Assembly: GCA_900545455.1 (NCBI GenBank)
Contig: UQZF01000001.1
Span: forward strand, 1-54,603
DNA from: an uncultured Eubacteriales bacterium
Lineage (GTDB): Bacteria; Bacillota; Clostridia; Lachnospirales; Lachnospiraceae
Length of the DNA: 54,603 nt
Reading direction: 5' to 3'
Positions 1 to 9,506 of this stretch are shown here, one piece after another. Numbering within the stretch: position 1 is the first letter of the stretch; the number at the start of each line of letters is the position of its first letter. A model generated the notes under the pieces. That model was not told the origin of the DNA. It saw only the letters and a program-made list of their open reading frames with translations, and made no database searches. Position numbers and translations under genes: made by a program.

Positions 1-11
1 TTTTTTTTTTT

Positions 12-35
12 CAAGCAGAAGACGGCATACGAGAT
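12..35 (+). other. Illumina P7 flow-cell adapter (CAAGCAGAAGACGGCATACGAGAT) after a T-run; non-biological contig-end artefact
   Basis: Exact 24-nt P7 oligo read directly at nt 12-35, with poly-T at 1-11. Native sequence with the pth RBS resumes about nt 36. Confidence 0.9.
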
Positions 36-61
36 AAATTAAGAAGAATGGAGAAAACAAA

Positions 62-622
62 ATGTATATAATAGCAGGACTTGGAAATCCGGGGAGCGAG
101 TATGAGCTCACCCGCCACAACATAGGCTTTCGTGTAATTGATGAGCTCGCGGAGGAATATAATATAAGCATAAGCGAGAAAAAGCATAAGGGGCTTATAG
201 GAAAAGGCGTGATAGAAGGTCAGAAGGTGGTGCTTGTAAAGCCGCAGACATTTATGAATTTGAGTGGAGAGTGCGTGAGGGAGGTCATGGACTATTATAA
301 GGAGAGCGTTGACCACTTTATCGTGGTTTATGACGATATAAGCCTTGATGTGGGAAAGCTCCGCGTGCGCCCGAAGGGAAGCGCGGGAGGTCACAACGGA
401 ATCAAGAATATAATAGCACAGCTCGGAACCGAGGAGTTCGCGCGCGTGAAGTTCGGTGTGGGAGACAAGCCGAAGGGCGGCGACCTCGTAAATCACGTTC
501 TCGGACGCTTCACCAAGGACGACGAGGAGCTCGCAAAGAGCCATTTTAAGACTGCCGCAGCCGCAATCGTCACAATAATGAACGAGGGCTGTGAGTCGGC
601 GATGAATAAGTACAATGGTTAA
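62..622 (+). CDS. pth: Peptidyl-tRNA hydrolase
   Basis: 186 aa. N-terminal MYIIAGLGNPGSEYELTRHNIGF signature. GGAG-type RBS upstream. Sits immediately upstream of mfd, as in other Firmicutes. Confidence 0.95.
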   Translation: MYIIAGLGNPGSEYELTRHNIGFRVIDELAEEYNISISEKKHKGLIGKGVIEGQKVVLVKPQTFMNLSGECVREVMDYYKESVDHFIVVYDDISLDVGKLRVRPKGSAGGHNGIKNIIAQLGTEEFARVKFGVGDKPKGGDLVNHVLGRFTKDDEELAKSHFKTAAAAIVTIMNEGCESAMNKYNG

Positions 623-640
623 TGCTTAGGACAACAGAGG

Positions 641-3600
641 GTGGGGGATTTTGTGCCCTTTAGAAAGGATTTCCACATGAACAGTTTTGTGTATCCGTTA
701 AAGCACCTTGCGGTCTTTGAGGATATGAAGAGAGATTTGAATAAGGCAGGTAAGGCTGTCCTTGTGACAGGGTGTGTCGAGCAGCAGAAGGCGCACCTTG
801 TTTTTGGCGTGTGCGACAGTAAGGTCAGGCTTATAATCACGCACAACGAGACGCGCGCGAGACAGTTGTACGAGGAGTACAGATTTTTTGACAAGGATGT
901 CGTGTACTACCCTGCGAAGGATTTTATTTTTTATAATGCGGATATACACGGAAATCTCATTGTAAAAGAGAGAATAGACGCGATAAAGCATCTCGCGGAG
1001 AACAAAAAGGCGGGGGAGGATGCGAGGCTGACTGTTGTCACGACGATTGACGGCTGTCTTGATAAGCTGCTTCCGCTCGAATATATTGAGAACAATATCA
1101 TGACGCTCGCGGTCGGCGATGAGGTCAACCTGACGGCGTATGAGAAGAGGCTTGTAAAGCTCGGCTACGAGCGGTGCGCGCAGGCGGAGAGTGCGGGACA
1201 GTTCGCGGTGAGAGGCGGAATCATCGACGTTTTCCCGTTTACCGAGGAGACGCCCTACAGAATTGAGCTCTGGGGGGACGAGATTGACTCGATAAGAAGC
1301 TATGACGCGCAGAGCCAGCGCTCGATTGAGAATGTGGACGAGGTCACATTTTATCCCGCGACGGAGCTTATCTTCTCGTCGGGCGAGATTTTTGCGGCAC
1401 TAAAGAAGATAAAGGCGGACACCGCAAAGCAGGCGGAGCTTTTTGAGAGGGATAAGAAGCTTACTGAGGCGGCACGAATCAGAAACAAGTACGCGGAGCT
1501 CGAGGAGAGGCTTATGCTCGATCCCGAGGGCGTCAACGGCTCGATGGGAATAGAGCGCTTTATCGGGTATCTCGCGGAAAAGACGGTGTCGTTTGCCGAG
1601 TATTTTGACGCAAAGAACACGACGTTTGTGCTCGATGAGCCAGGACGGATTGCGGAGAGACTGAAGGCTGTGCAGTATGAGTTCGGCGAGAGCATGTCGC
1701 ACAGACTTGAGAAAGGTGATATTCTGCCGGAACAGACTAATGTGCTCTATGATGTGTCGTATGTGTACTCGAAGCTTTACAAGGGCGGACTTCTTGCACT
1801 CGCGGTGCTTGATGCGAGGGCTGAGGGACTAAATATCGGCGGACGCTACGATATAGGTGCGAAGGGAATAAGCTCGTACAACAACAGCTTTGAGACACTT
1901 GTATCGGATGTCAGAAGATACAAGAAGGAAGGCTATGTGACCATTCTCGCGTCATCGTCGAGAATGAGGGCTGAGAGACTTGCGGCGGATTTGAGGGACA
2001 ATGACATAACGGCGTTTTTCTCGGACAGATATGACAGGGAGCTGCTTGCGGGCGAGGTCATGACGGTGTTCGGAAATCTCTCAAAGGGCTTTGAGTACCC
2101 GCAGATTAAGTTCGTGCTCATAGCGGAGAGCGATATTTTTACACAGGACAAGAAAAAGAAGAGAGCCAAGGTTAAGAACTACGAGGGCAAATCAATCTCC
2201 GACTTTGCGGAGCTTTCAATAGGCGACTACGTCGTTCACGAGAATCACGGAATGGGTATATACCGCGGTATCGAGAAGGTCGTGGTCGACAAGGTCGAGA
2301 AGGATTATATAAAGATTGAGTACAGCGGCGGAAGCAACCTGTATGTGCTTGCGACGCAGCTTGACAGCATACAGAAGTTCTCGGGGCCTGACGGTCACAA
2401 GCCGAAGCTTAACAAGCTCGGAACGGCTGAGTGGTCTAAGACAAAGTCGAAGGTAAAGACCGCGGTTGCGGGAATCGCAAAGGAGCTTGTCGAGCTCTAC
2501 GCGATAAGGCAGAACAGGCAGGGCTACAGCTTCGGGCCCGACACGGTATGGCAGCAGGAGTTCGAGGAGATGTTCCCTTACGAGGAGACGGACGACCAGC
2601 TCACGGCGATAGCAGAGACCAAGCAGGACATGGAGAGCACGAAGATAATGGACAGACTGCTCTGCGGCGATGTCGGCTTCGGAAAGACGGAGGTTGCGAT
2701 GCGCGCGGCGTTCAAGGCAGTGTGCGACGGCAAGCAGGTTGTGTACCTCGTGCCGACTACGATACTTGCACAGCAGCACTACAACAGCTTTGTGCAGAGA
2801 ATGCAGTCCTTCGGTGTGAGGGTGGAGCTTCTCAGCCGTTTCTGCACGCCTACGCAGGTCAAAAACACGCTCGAGGGCTTAAAAAAGGGAACGGTCGATG
2901 TCGTAATCGGCACGCACAGGGTTCTCTCAAAGGATGTAAAGTTCAAGGATTTGGGGCTTATGATCATAGACGAGGAGCAGCGCTTCGGTGTCACCCACAA
3001 GGAGAAGATTAAGCAGCTAAAGTCTGACCTTGACGTGCTGACACTGTCGGCGACGCCTATTCCGAGAACGCTCCACATGAGCCTCGTCGGAATAAGGGAT
3101 ATGAGCGTGCTCACTGAGGCACCTGTTGACAGAATGCCGATACAGACCTTTGTCACGGAGTACGATGAGGAGCTCATAAGAGAGGCGATAACGCGAGAGC
3201 TCTCAAGAGGCGGTCAGGTATACTATGTTTACAATATGGTAAAGGGCATAGAGGATGTAGCGGCAAAGATTTCCGCGATAGTTCCAGATGCCAACGTGGC
3301 TTACGCGCACGGTCAGATGCACGAGAGACAGCTCGAGAAGATTATGTTTGACTTTATAAACGGTGATATAGACATACTTGTGTCGACAACGATAATCGAG
3401 ACAGGGCTTGATATTCCGAACACTAACACCATAATCATACACGATGCCGACAGGTTCGGTCTGTCACAGCTCTACCAGCTAAGGGGAAGAGTCGGGCGCT
3501 CGAACAGGACGGCGTATGCGTTCTTACTCTACAAGCGCGACAGGATGTTAAGAGAGGAAGCTGAGAAGAGGCTCTCAGCGATAAGGGAGTTCACCGAGCT

Positions 3601-4246
3601 TGGAAGCGGATTTAAGATTGCGATGAAGGACCTCGAGATAAGAGGGGCGGGAAATGTCCTCGGCGAGGAGCAGCACGGGCACATGGCGGCGGTCGGATAC
3701 GACCTGTACTGCAAGATGCTCAATGAGGCGGTGCTTACACTCAGGGGCTACAAAAAGATTGAGGACGAGTTTGAGACGAACGTCGACCTTCCTGTCGACG
3801 CGTTCATACCTGCGACATATATAAGGAGCGAGGCTCAGAAGCTTGACATTTACAAGCGAATTGCGGCGATAACGACGAAGGAGGAGCTTGTCGATATGCA
3901 GGATGAGCTCACCGACCGTTTCGGAGATATGCCTAAGACGGCGATAAGCCTTATGCGCGTGGCATTTATCAAGTCGAACGCGCATCTTGCGGACATCATA
4001 GAGATTAAGGGCTCGCAGTCCGAGATTATAATAAGGCTGTATCCGCAGGCACGCATAGATGTGAACAAGATTCCGCCGTTTGTGAAAAAGTATGACGGCA
4101 GGGTTCAGTTTAAGGTTGAGGCAGTGCCGTATTTCAGATACACTCCTGCGAGGGATGAGTTAAAGACTACGGATAAGTATCTTGACACCGTGACGGAGCT
4201 TGTGCAGGGCATAAGGACGCTGAGGCTTGATGAGACGGACAAATAG
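641..4246 (+). CDS. mfd: Transcription-repair coupling factor Mfd
   Basis: About 1200 aa. Superfamily-2 helicase motifs GDVGFGKTEVA and DEEQRFG, plus a TRCF C-terminal domain. The start is ambiguous: GTG at 641 or the better-placed ATG at 677 (MNSFVYPL). Confidence 0.95.
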   Translation: MGDFVPFRKDFHMNSFVYPLKHLAVFEDMKRDLNKAGKAVLVTGCVEQQKAHLVFGVCDSKVRLIITHNETRARQLYEEYRFFDKDVVYYPAKDFIFYNADIHGNLIVKERIDAIKHLAENKKAGEDARLTVVTTIDGCLDKLLPLEYIENNIMTLAVGDEVNLTAYEKRLVKLGYERCAQAESAGQFAVRGGIIDVFPFTEETPYRIELWGDEIDSIRSYDAQSQRSIENVDEVTFYPATELIFSSGEIFAALKKIKADTAKQAELFERDKKLTEAARIRNKYAELEERLMLDPEGVNGSMGIERFIGYLAEKTVSFAEYFDAKNTTFVLDEPGRIAERLKAVQYEFGESMSHRLEKGDILPEQTNVLYDVSYVYSKLYKGGLLALAVLDARAEGLNIGGRYDIGAKGISSYNNSFETLVSDVRRYKKEGYVTILASSSRMRAERLAADLRDNDITAFFSDRYDRELLAGEVMTVFGNLSKGFEYPQIKFVLIAESDIFTQDKKKKRAKVKNYEGKSISDFAELSIGDYVVHENHGMGIYRGIEKVVVDKVEKDYIKIEYSGGSNLYVLATQLDSIQKFSGPDGHKPKLNKLGTAEWSKTKSKVKTAVAGIAKELVELYAIRQNRQGYSFGPDTVWQQEFEEMFPYEETDDQLTAIAETKQDMESTKIMDRLLCGDVGFGKTEVAMRAAFKAVCDGKQVVYLVPTTILAQQHYNSFVQRMQSFGVRVELLSRFCTPTQVKNTLEGLKKGTVDVVIGTHRVLSKDVKFKDLGLMIIDEEQRFGVTHKEKIKQLKSDLDVLTLSATPIPRTLHMSLVGIRDMSVLTEAPVDRMPIQTFVTEYDEELIREAITRELSRGGQVYYVYNMVKGIEDVAAKISAIVPDANVAYAHGQMHERQLEKIMFDFINGDIDILVSTTIIETGLDIPNTNTIIIHDADRFGLSQLYQLRGRVGRSNRTAYAFLLYKRDRMLREEAEKRLSAIREFTELGSGFKIAMKDLEIRGAGNVLGEEQHGHMAAVGYDLYCKMLNEAVLTLRGYKKIEDEFETNVDLPVDAFIPATYIRSEAQKLDIYKRIAAITTKEELVDMQDELTDRFGDMPKTAISLMRVAFIKSNAHLADIIEIKGSQSEIIIRLYPQARIDVNKIPPFVKKYDGRVQFKVEAVPYFRYTPARDELKTTDKYLDTVTELVQGIRTLRLDETDK

Positions 4247-4286
4247 GGACGGAATGCAAATGATTGTGGCAGGAAATAATATACTG

Positions 4287-4295
4287 TGCTATAAT
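4287..4295 (+). promoter_or_regulatory. Candidate extended -10 promoter (TGcTATAAT) for the deoxysugar operon
   Basis: TGCTATAAT read at 4287-4295, about 40 nt upstream of the rfbF ATG in the only gap after mfd. No good -35 was seen. Confidence 0.4.
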
Positions 4296-4334
4296 AAATC
4301 CATTAGATGGGTAAACACATAAAGGATACGGACT

Positions 4335-5108
4335 ATGAAAACAATAATTTTAGCGGGAGGCTTCGGAACGCGAATCAGCGAGGAGAGCCACCTAAAGCCC
4401 AAGCCGATGATTGAAATCGGCGGTATGCCGATGCTGTGGCATATAATGAAGATATATTCACACTACGGATTCAACGATTTCGTGGTTTGTCTGGGATATA
4501 AGCAGTACATGGTGAAGGAATTTTTTGCCGATTACTTTCTGCACACCTCGGATGTCACCTTTGACCTTGCGGCGAACAATATGATTGTCCACAATGTAAA
4601 GACCGAGCCGTGGAAGGTTACGCTTGTTGACACGGGACTAAAGACCATGACCGGAGGAAGGATTAAGAAAGTTCAGGAGTATATAGGCGATGAGCCTTTT
4701 ATGCTGACATACGGTGACGGCGTGTCAGATGTCGACATCAATAAGCTGCTTGAGTATCACAAGTCTCACGGCAAGCTTATGACCATAACGGCAATCAATA
4801 TCGGGCAGCAGTTCGGGGCCCTCGACGTGAGGGAGGACGGCGTGATAACGGCATTCCGCGAGAAGCATGAGCTTGATGGAAGAGTAATAAACGGTGGCTT
4901 TATGGTGTGCCAGCCGGAGGTGTTTGACTACATTGACGGGCCTGACACGGTGTTTGAGAAGGAGCCTGTGGAGAGGCTTGTGTCGGAGGGACAGCTCATG
5001 GCATACCATCATCCTGGATTCTGGAAGAATATGGATACACAGAGGGATAAGCAGAAGCTTGAGGCTATGTGGGAGAGCGGCAACGCTCCGTGGAAGCTTT
5101 GGGATTAG
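4335..5108 (+). CDS. rfbF: Glucose-1-phosphate cytidylyltransferase (CDP-glucose synthase)
   Basis: 257 aa. LAGGFGTRI nucleotidyltransferase loop and the PKPMIEIGGMPMLWHIMKIYSHYG block typical of RfbF/DdhA. Confidence 0.9.
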   Translation: MKTIILAGGFGTRISEESHLKPKPMIEIGGMPMLWHIMKIYSHYGFNDFVVCLGYKQYMVKEFFADYFLHTSDVTFDLAANNMIVHNVKTEPWKVTLVDTGLKTMTGGRIKKVQEYIGDEPFMLTYGDGVSDVDINKLLEYHKSHGKLMTITAINIGQQFGALDVREDGVITAFREKHELDGRVINGGFMVCQPEVFDYIDGPDTVFEKEPVERLVSEGQLMAYHHPGFWKNMDTQRDKQKLEAMWESGNAPWKLWD

Positions 5109-5128
5109 GACATGAGAGGAATTATTTA

Positions 5129-6247
5129 ATGGATTATCAGGGTTTGATGGAATTTTACAGGGATAAGCGTGTGCTTGTTACAGGTCATACGGGCTTTAAG
5201 GGAAGCTGGATGTGCAGAGTGCTTTCGATGGCCGGAGCGCAGGTATGCGGTTATGCGCTTGAGCCGCCGACTAGGCCTTCTCTCTATGAGCTTGCAGGAA
5301 TAAATGACGATGACAGGGTGAAATCCGTCATCGGAGATATAAGGGATTTTGATACGCTCAAGTCTGCATTTGATGATTTCAAGCCGGAAATTGTAATTCA
5401 CATGGCGGCACAACCTATAGTGAGAGAATCATATAAGAATCCAAAGTACACGTTTGAGACGAATATTATGGGAACGGTGAATGTATGCGAGTGTGTAAGA
5501 CTAAGCAGGAGCAGTGAATCCGGGAACTGTGAAGGTGTGCGTTCTTTTGTGAATGTCACAACGGACAAGGTGTATGAGAACAAGGAGCGTGCCAAGAACG
5601 GCTATAAGGAGAACGAACCTTTAGACGGCTATGATCCGTACTCTAATTCCAAGTCCTGCTCTGAGCTTGTGACACACAGCTATGTGCGCTCATTTCTTGC
5701 GGAAGCGGGGATTGCCGTGTCGACGGCGAGAGCCGGGAATGTCATAGGCGGGGGAGACTTTGCTCCTGACAGAATTATTCCCGACTGTGTGAGAGCAGCA
5801 CTGGGCGGACGGGATATAGTAGTGAGAAATCCATATTCGATACGACCTTATCAGCACGTATTAGAGCCTGTGTTTGCATACCTTATGATTGCAAAGGAGC
5901 AGTATGGGAATATAGAGCTGTCAGGATGGTACAATGTAGGACCTGATGACAAGGACTGCGTAACAACCGGCAGGCTTGTGGGTATATTTACGGACTGCTG
6001 GGAAGGTTCGAGATGGTATGTCCGGGGGGACGGTGGACCGCATGAGGCGGGTTTTTTAAAGCTCAACTGTGACAAGCTCAAAAAAACTTTCGGCTGGAAA
6101 CCGGTCTGGAACATAGAGACGGCAGTTGAAAAGACGGTCGAATTTTCAAAGCTGTTAAAAGAGGATCATACGACGGCAGACAAGGTTATAAGCTGTATGA
6201 ACAGCCAGATTAAGGACTATATCAAAACAAGTAATCAATGTAAATAA
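5129..6247 (+). CDS. rfbG: CDP-glucose 4,6-dehydratase
   Basis: VTGHTGFKGSW Rossmann motif and YSNSK catalytic YxxxK. Follows rfbF. The ATG at 5129 has a GAGAGGA RBS; the ORF-track start at 5069 overlaps rfbF and is rejected. There is a short insertion (RLSRSSESGNCEG) relative to what I expect for the family. Confidence 0.88.
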   Translation: MDYQGLMEFYRDKRVLVTGHTGFKGSWMCRVLSMAGAQVCGYALEPPTRPSLYELAGINDDDRVKSVIGDIRDFDTLKSAFDDFKPEIVIHMAAQPIVRESYKNPKYTFETNIMGTVNVCECVRLSRSSESGNCEGVRSFVNVTTDKVYENKERAKNGYKENEPLDGYDPYSNSKSCSELVTHSYVRSFLAEAGIAVSTARAGNVIGGGDFAPDRIIPDCVRAALGGRDIVVRNPYSIRPYQHVLEPVFAYLMIAKEQYGNIELSGWYNVGPDDKDCVTTGRLVGIFTDCWEGSRWYVRGDGGPHEAGFLKLNCDKLKKTFGWKPVWNIETAVEKTVEFSKLLKEDHTTADKVISCMNSQIKDYIKTSNQCK

Positions 6248-6260
6248 AAGGAGCCACATT

Positions 6261-7619
6261 ATGTTTGAAGGCAAAAGTGAAAAGGAAGCGAGAGCACAGA
6301 TTTTAGAACTTGTGAGCGAGTATTGTGATCGTTTTCATAATCAGGACAAGGAGTACAAGGAGGGAGACAGACTGCCTTATGCGGCGAGAGTGTACGACCA
6401 TGACGAGATGGTGAATCTTGTGGATTCGTCGCTTGAGTTCTGGCTCACATCGGGAAGATATACGGCAAGATTTGAGAGTGAATTTGCAGGGTATCTCGGT
6501 GTGCGTTTCTGCAGTCTGGTAAACTCGGGTTCATCCGCCAACCTTCTTGCATTCATGGCTCTTACTTCGCCGCTTCTCGGGGAGAGGGCGGTAAGGCGCG
6601 GTGACGAGGTAATCACGGTGGCAGCAGGATTTCCGACTACAGTGACGCCTGTAATACAGTACGGTGCGGTTCCGGTGTTCGTGGATGTGACGATACCTCA
6701 GTACAATATAGATGTAACGAAGCTTGAGGAGGCATACTCGGATAAGACCAAGGCGGTCATGATTGCACACACGCTTGGAAATCCTTTTGATCTGAAGGCT
6801 GTGAAGGAGTTCTGTGACAGACATAAGCTGTGGCTCATAGAGGACAACTGCGATGCCCTCGGCTCCGAGTACACGATTGACGGCGAGGTTAAGCTGACTG
6901 GAACGGTCGGCGATATAGGAACGAGCAGCTTCTATCCGCCTCATCACATGACCATGGGAGAGGGCGGTGCGGTCTACACTGATAATCCTCTGCTCAACAA
7001 GATTGTGCGCTCCCTCAGGGATTGGGGAAGGGACTGCGTGTGTGCTTCGGGACAGGACAACATGTGCGGACACAGATTTGACGGGCAGTACGGCGAGCTT
7101 CCGAAGGGATATGACCACAAGTATGTGTATTCTCATTTCGGTTACAATCTCAAGGCAACTGACATGCAGGCTGCCATAGGATGTGCACAGCTTGAAAAGT
7201 TTCCGTCGTTTGTTGAGAGAAGGAGAGAAAATTTCAAGGTTCTGTATGAGGGACTTTCAGACCTCGAAGATTATTTCTATCTTCCTGAAGCAGTGGAGAA
7301 TTCCAATCCAAGCTGGTTTGGCTTCTGCCTGACATGCAAGCCGGGAACGGATAAGAACAAAGTTGTAAGATATATTGAAGCACACGGTGTCCAGACGAGA
7401 ATGCTTTTCTCGGGTAATCTTATCAAGCAGCCGTGCTTTGACGGGATGAGGGCGCAGGAAACCGGCTTCCGTGTGGTGGGAGAACTCACAAATACCGACA
7501 TAATTATGGAAAACACATTCTGGATAGGTGTTTATCCGGGAATGACTGAAAAAAAGCTTTCATATATGATAAAAACGATTCATGAGGCTGTGGAAATGGA
7601 GAGAGTATATGAGAATTAA
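6261..7619 (+). CDS. rfbH: PMP/[2Fe-2S]-dependent NDP-4-keto-6-deoxyhexose 3-dehydrase (E1 / RfbH / SpnQ type, DegT family)
   Basis: 452 aa with a DegT/DnrJ/EryC1 fold. SFYPPHHMT has His where aminotransferases carry the Schiff-base Lys. A C..CVCASGQDNMC (CxCx7C) cluster motif is read in the translation. Confidence 0.85.
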   Translation: MFEGKSEKEARAQILELVSEYCDRFHNQDKEYKEGDRLPYAARVYDHDEMVNLVDSSLEFWLTSGRYTARFESEFAGYLGVRFCSLVNSGSSANLLAFMALTSPLLGERAVRRGDEVITVAAGFPTTVTPVIQYGAVPVFVDVTIPQYNIDVTKLEEAYSDKTKAVMIAHTLGNPFDLKAVKEFCDRHKLWLIEDNCDALGSEYTIDGEVKLTGTVGDIGTSSFYPPHHMTMGEGGAVYTDNPLLNKIVRSLRDWGRDCVCASGQDNMCGHRFDGQYGELPKGYDHKYVYSHFGYNLKATDMQAAIGCAQLEKFPSFVERRRENFKVLYEGLSDLEDYFYLPEAVENSNPSWFGFCLTCKPGTDKNKVVRYIEAHGVQTRMLFSGNLIKQPCFDGMRAQETGFRVVGELTNTDIIMENTFWIGVYPGMTEKKLSYMIKTIHEAVEMERVYEN

Positions 7620-9498
7620 GGTATCGGATTATATTGCCGGGCTTGTCGCTGAGCTTGGTATAGAACGTGTATTTACTGTTACCGGAGGAGGAGCCATGCA
7701 CCTTAATGACTCCTTCGGACACAGCAGCGAACTCAGATGTATTTATAATCACCACGAGCAGGCTTGCGCGATTGGGGCAGAAAGTTATGCCCGGATTGCA
7801 GGGAAGCCTGCTCTTTTGTGTGTTACGACAGGCCCGGGAGGGACAAATGCACTCACGGGAGTGCTCGGTGCCTATCTTGATTCGATTCCTATGCTTGTGA
7901 TTTCGGGGCAGGTAAGATATGACACGACGGCGAGAAGCACGGGACTTAATATAAGAGCAATGGGAGATCAGGAGTTCGACATCACGAAGGCTGTCGCGTC
8001 CATGACCAAGTACTGTGAGATGGTCGTTGAGCCTGCAAAGATACGCTGCTGCGTGAAAAAGGCATATCATGAGGCTGTGACGGGCAGACCGGGACCGACT
8101 TGGCTTGATATACCGCTTAATGTCCAGGGAGCCTATATTGATACGGACGAACTTATTGACTATGATGAAAACTGTGATGAGTATGCCGGTTATGAAAAAA
8201 GCCTTCCGCCAAAGCCTGATAGGAAACTTATAATGTCCGTGATTGAGAAGGTGAGAAAGGCGGAAAGACCCGTGCTCAATGCGGGGAACGGAATACGCAT
8301 AGCTGGTGCGGCAGAGATGTTTGAGCGTGTTAAGAGAAAGCTTAACATTCCTGTGGTCACGGGCTGGGACAGCATAGATTTATGTGCGGACGACGAGTCG
8401 CTTTATGTGGGGCGAGCGGGAATAATGGGAGACAGAGCCGGCAATTTTGCGGTGCAGAACAGCGATTTGTTTTTGTCAGTAGGCAGCAGGCTCAGCATAA
8501 GACAGGTCGGGTATAATTATAAGAGCTGGGCGAGGGCAGCGTACACGATAGTTGAGGATGTTGATGCGGAGGAGCTTAAAAAGCCGACGCTGCACGTCGA
8601 TATGCCGGTGTGGGCGGATGCGCTTGATTTTCTCACCGCGCTCGACGAGTGCCTGACGCAGCTATGTGGTGAGGACGGAAAGCTCTTTCCTGACGGGAAG
8701 TGGCATGAGGCTTGCCGTGATTGGAAAAAGAACTATCCGGTGGTAATGCCTAAGCACTATGAGAAATGTGTCGAGAACGGGCACGAGTATGCGAACGTCT
8801 ACGCCTTTATAAAGGAGCTGAGCAGGCGTCTTTATCCGGGACAGATAACGGTAGTAGGGAACGGTTCGGCTTGTGTCGTGGGAAGTCATGCGTATGTCAT
8901 CAAGGAGGGACAGAGATTTATTATCAATTCCGCAGTTGCTTCCATGGGATATGACCTTCCGGCGGCAATAGGAGCATGGGTGGCACAAAAAACGTGTACT
9001 GTCAACGAAAACAGTGGCAATTCGGGTTCGGATTATGATATAATATGCGTCACGGGAGACGGAAGCATACAGATGAATCTTCAAGAGCTTCAGACGATTA
9101 TCCATCACAGGATGAACATGAAAATATTTGTCATAAACAATGGCGGATACCATTCAATACGCCAGACACAGAAGAACTTTTTTGGTGAACCTCTTGTCGG
9201 AATAGGAGAGGACAGCGGTGATTTGAGCTTCCCCGATATGGCGAAGCTTGCATGGGCTTACGGGTATGAATACCGCTCAATAGGCAGCAATGACAAGTTC
9301 GATATGCTTGATGAATTTCTTGAGATTAAGGGTCCGGCAATCTGTGAGGTGTTTGTGAGCAGAGGACAGAAGTTCGAGCCGAAGTCGGCGACGAAGAGAC
9401 TTGATGATGGAACTCTTGTATCAGCGCCGCTTGAGGATCTGGCACCGTTTTTACCTAAGGAGGAGTTAGAGCGGAATATGTTTATACCGCTTGTGTGA
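7609..9498 (+). CDS. Thiamine-diphosphate-dependent enzyme, acetolactate-synthase-like; candidate YerE-type sugar C-branching enzyme
   Basis: About 629 aa. ThDP motif GDGSIQMN...VINNGGY and an N-terminal TPP_enzyme_N-like GGGAMHLND block. The position directly after the E1-type dehydrase matches the yersiniose (ddhABC-yerE-yerF) logic. The ATG at 7609 overlaps the rfbH stop. Confidence 0.7.
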   Translation: MRIKVSDYIAGLVAELGIERVFTVTGGGAMHLNDSFGHSSELRCIYNHHEQACAIGAESYARIAGKPALLCVTTGPGGTNALTGVLGAYLDSIPMLVISGQVRYDTTARSTGLNIRAMGDQEFDITKAVASMTKYCEMVVEPAKIRCCVKKAYHEAVTGRPGPTWLDIPLNVQGAYIDTDELIDYDENCDEYAGYEKSLPPKPDRKLIMSVIEKVRKAERPVLNAGNGIRIAGAAEMFERVKRKLNIPVVTGWDSIDLCADDESLYVGRAGIMGDRAGNFAVQNSDLFLSVGSRLSIRQVGYNYKSWARAAYTIVEDVDAEELKKPTLHVDMPVWADALDFLTALDECLTQLCGEDGKLFPDGKWHEACRDWKKNYPVVMPKHYEKCVENGHEYANVYAFIKELSRRLYPGQITVVGNGSACVVGSHAYVIKEGQRFIINSAVASMGYDLPAAIGAWVAQKTCTVNENSGNSGSDYDIICVTGDGSIQMNLQELQTIIHHRMNMKIFVINNGGYHSIRQTQKNFFGEPLVGIGEDSGDLSFPDMAKLAWAYGYEYRSIGSNDKFDMLDEFLEIKGPAICEVFVSRGQKFEPKSATKRLDDGTLVSAPLEDLAPFLPKEELERNMFIPLV

Positions 9499-9506
9499 TT
9501 TTTAGT

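Noticed and set aside
11-544. 177-aa minus-strand ORF at the contig start
   Set aside because: It is antisense to the clearly recognisable pth gene and extends into the adapter artefact. It has no RBS or recognisable motif.
2548-3012. 154-aa alternative-frame plus-strand ORF within mfd, and similar R/G/A-rich ORFs at 22704-23087, 31141-31503 and 43349-43636
   Set aside because: These are off-frame ORFs inside GC-richer or purine-rich coding sequence. Their arginine/glycine-rich nonsense composition fits that, and the overlapping frames carry clear family motifs.
5069-5128. N-terminal extensions suggested by the ORF track (5069 for rfbG, 7582 for the ThDP enzyme, 20622 for GH43, 26846, 34938, 41364, 48262, 48911)
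   Set aside because: Each extension overlaps the upstream gene or lacks an RBS. In each case an internal ATG sits at proper distance from a GGAGG-like sequence and yields the family-typical N-terminus.
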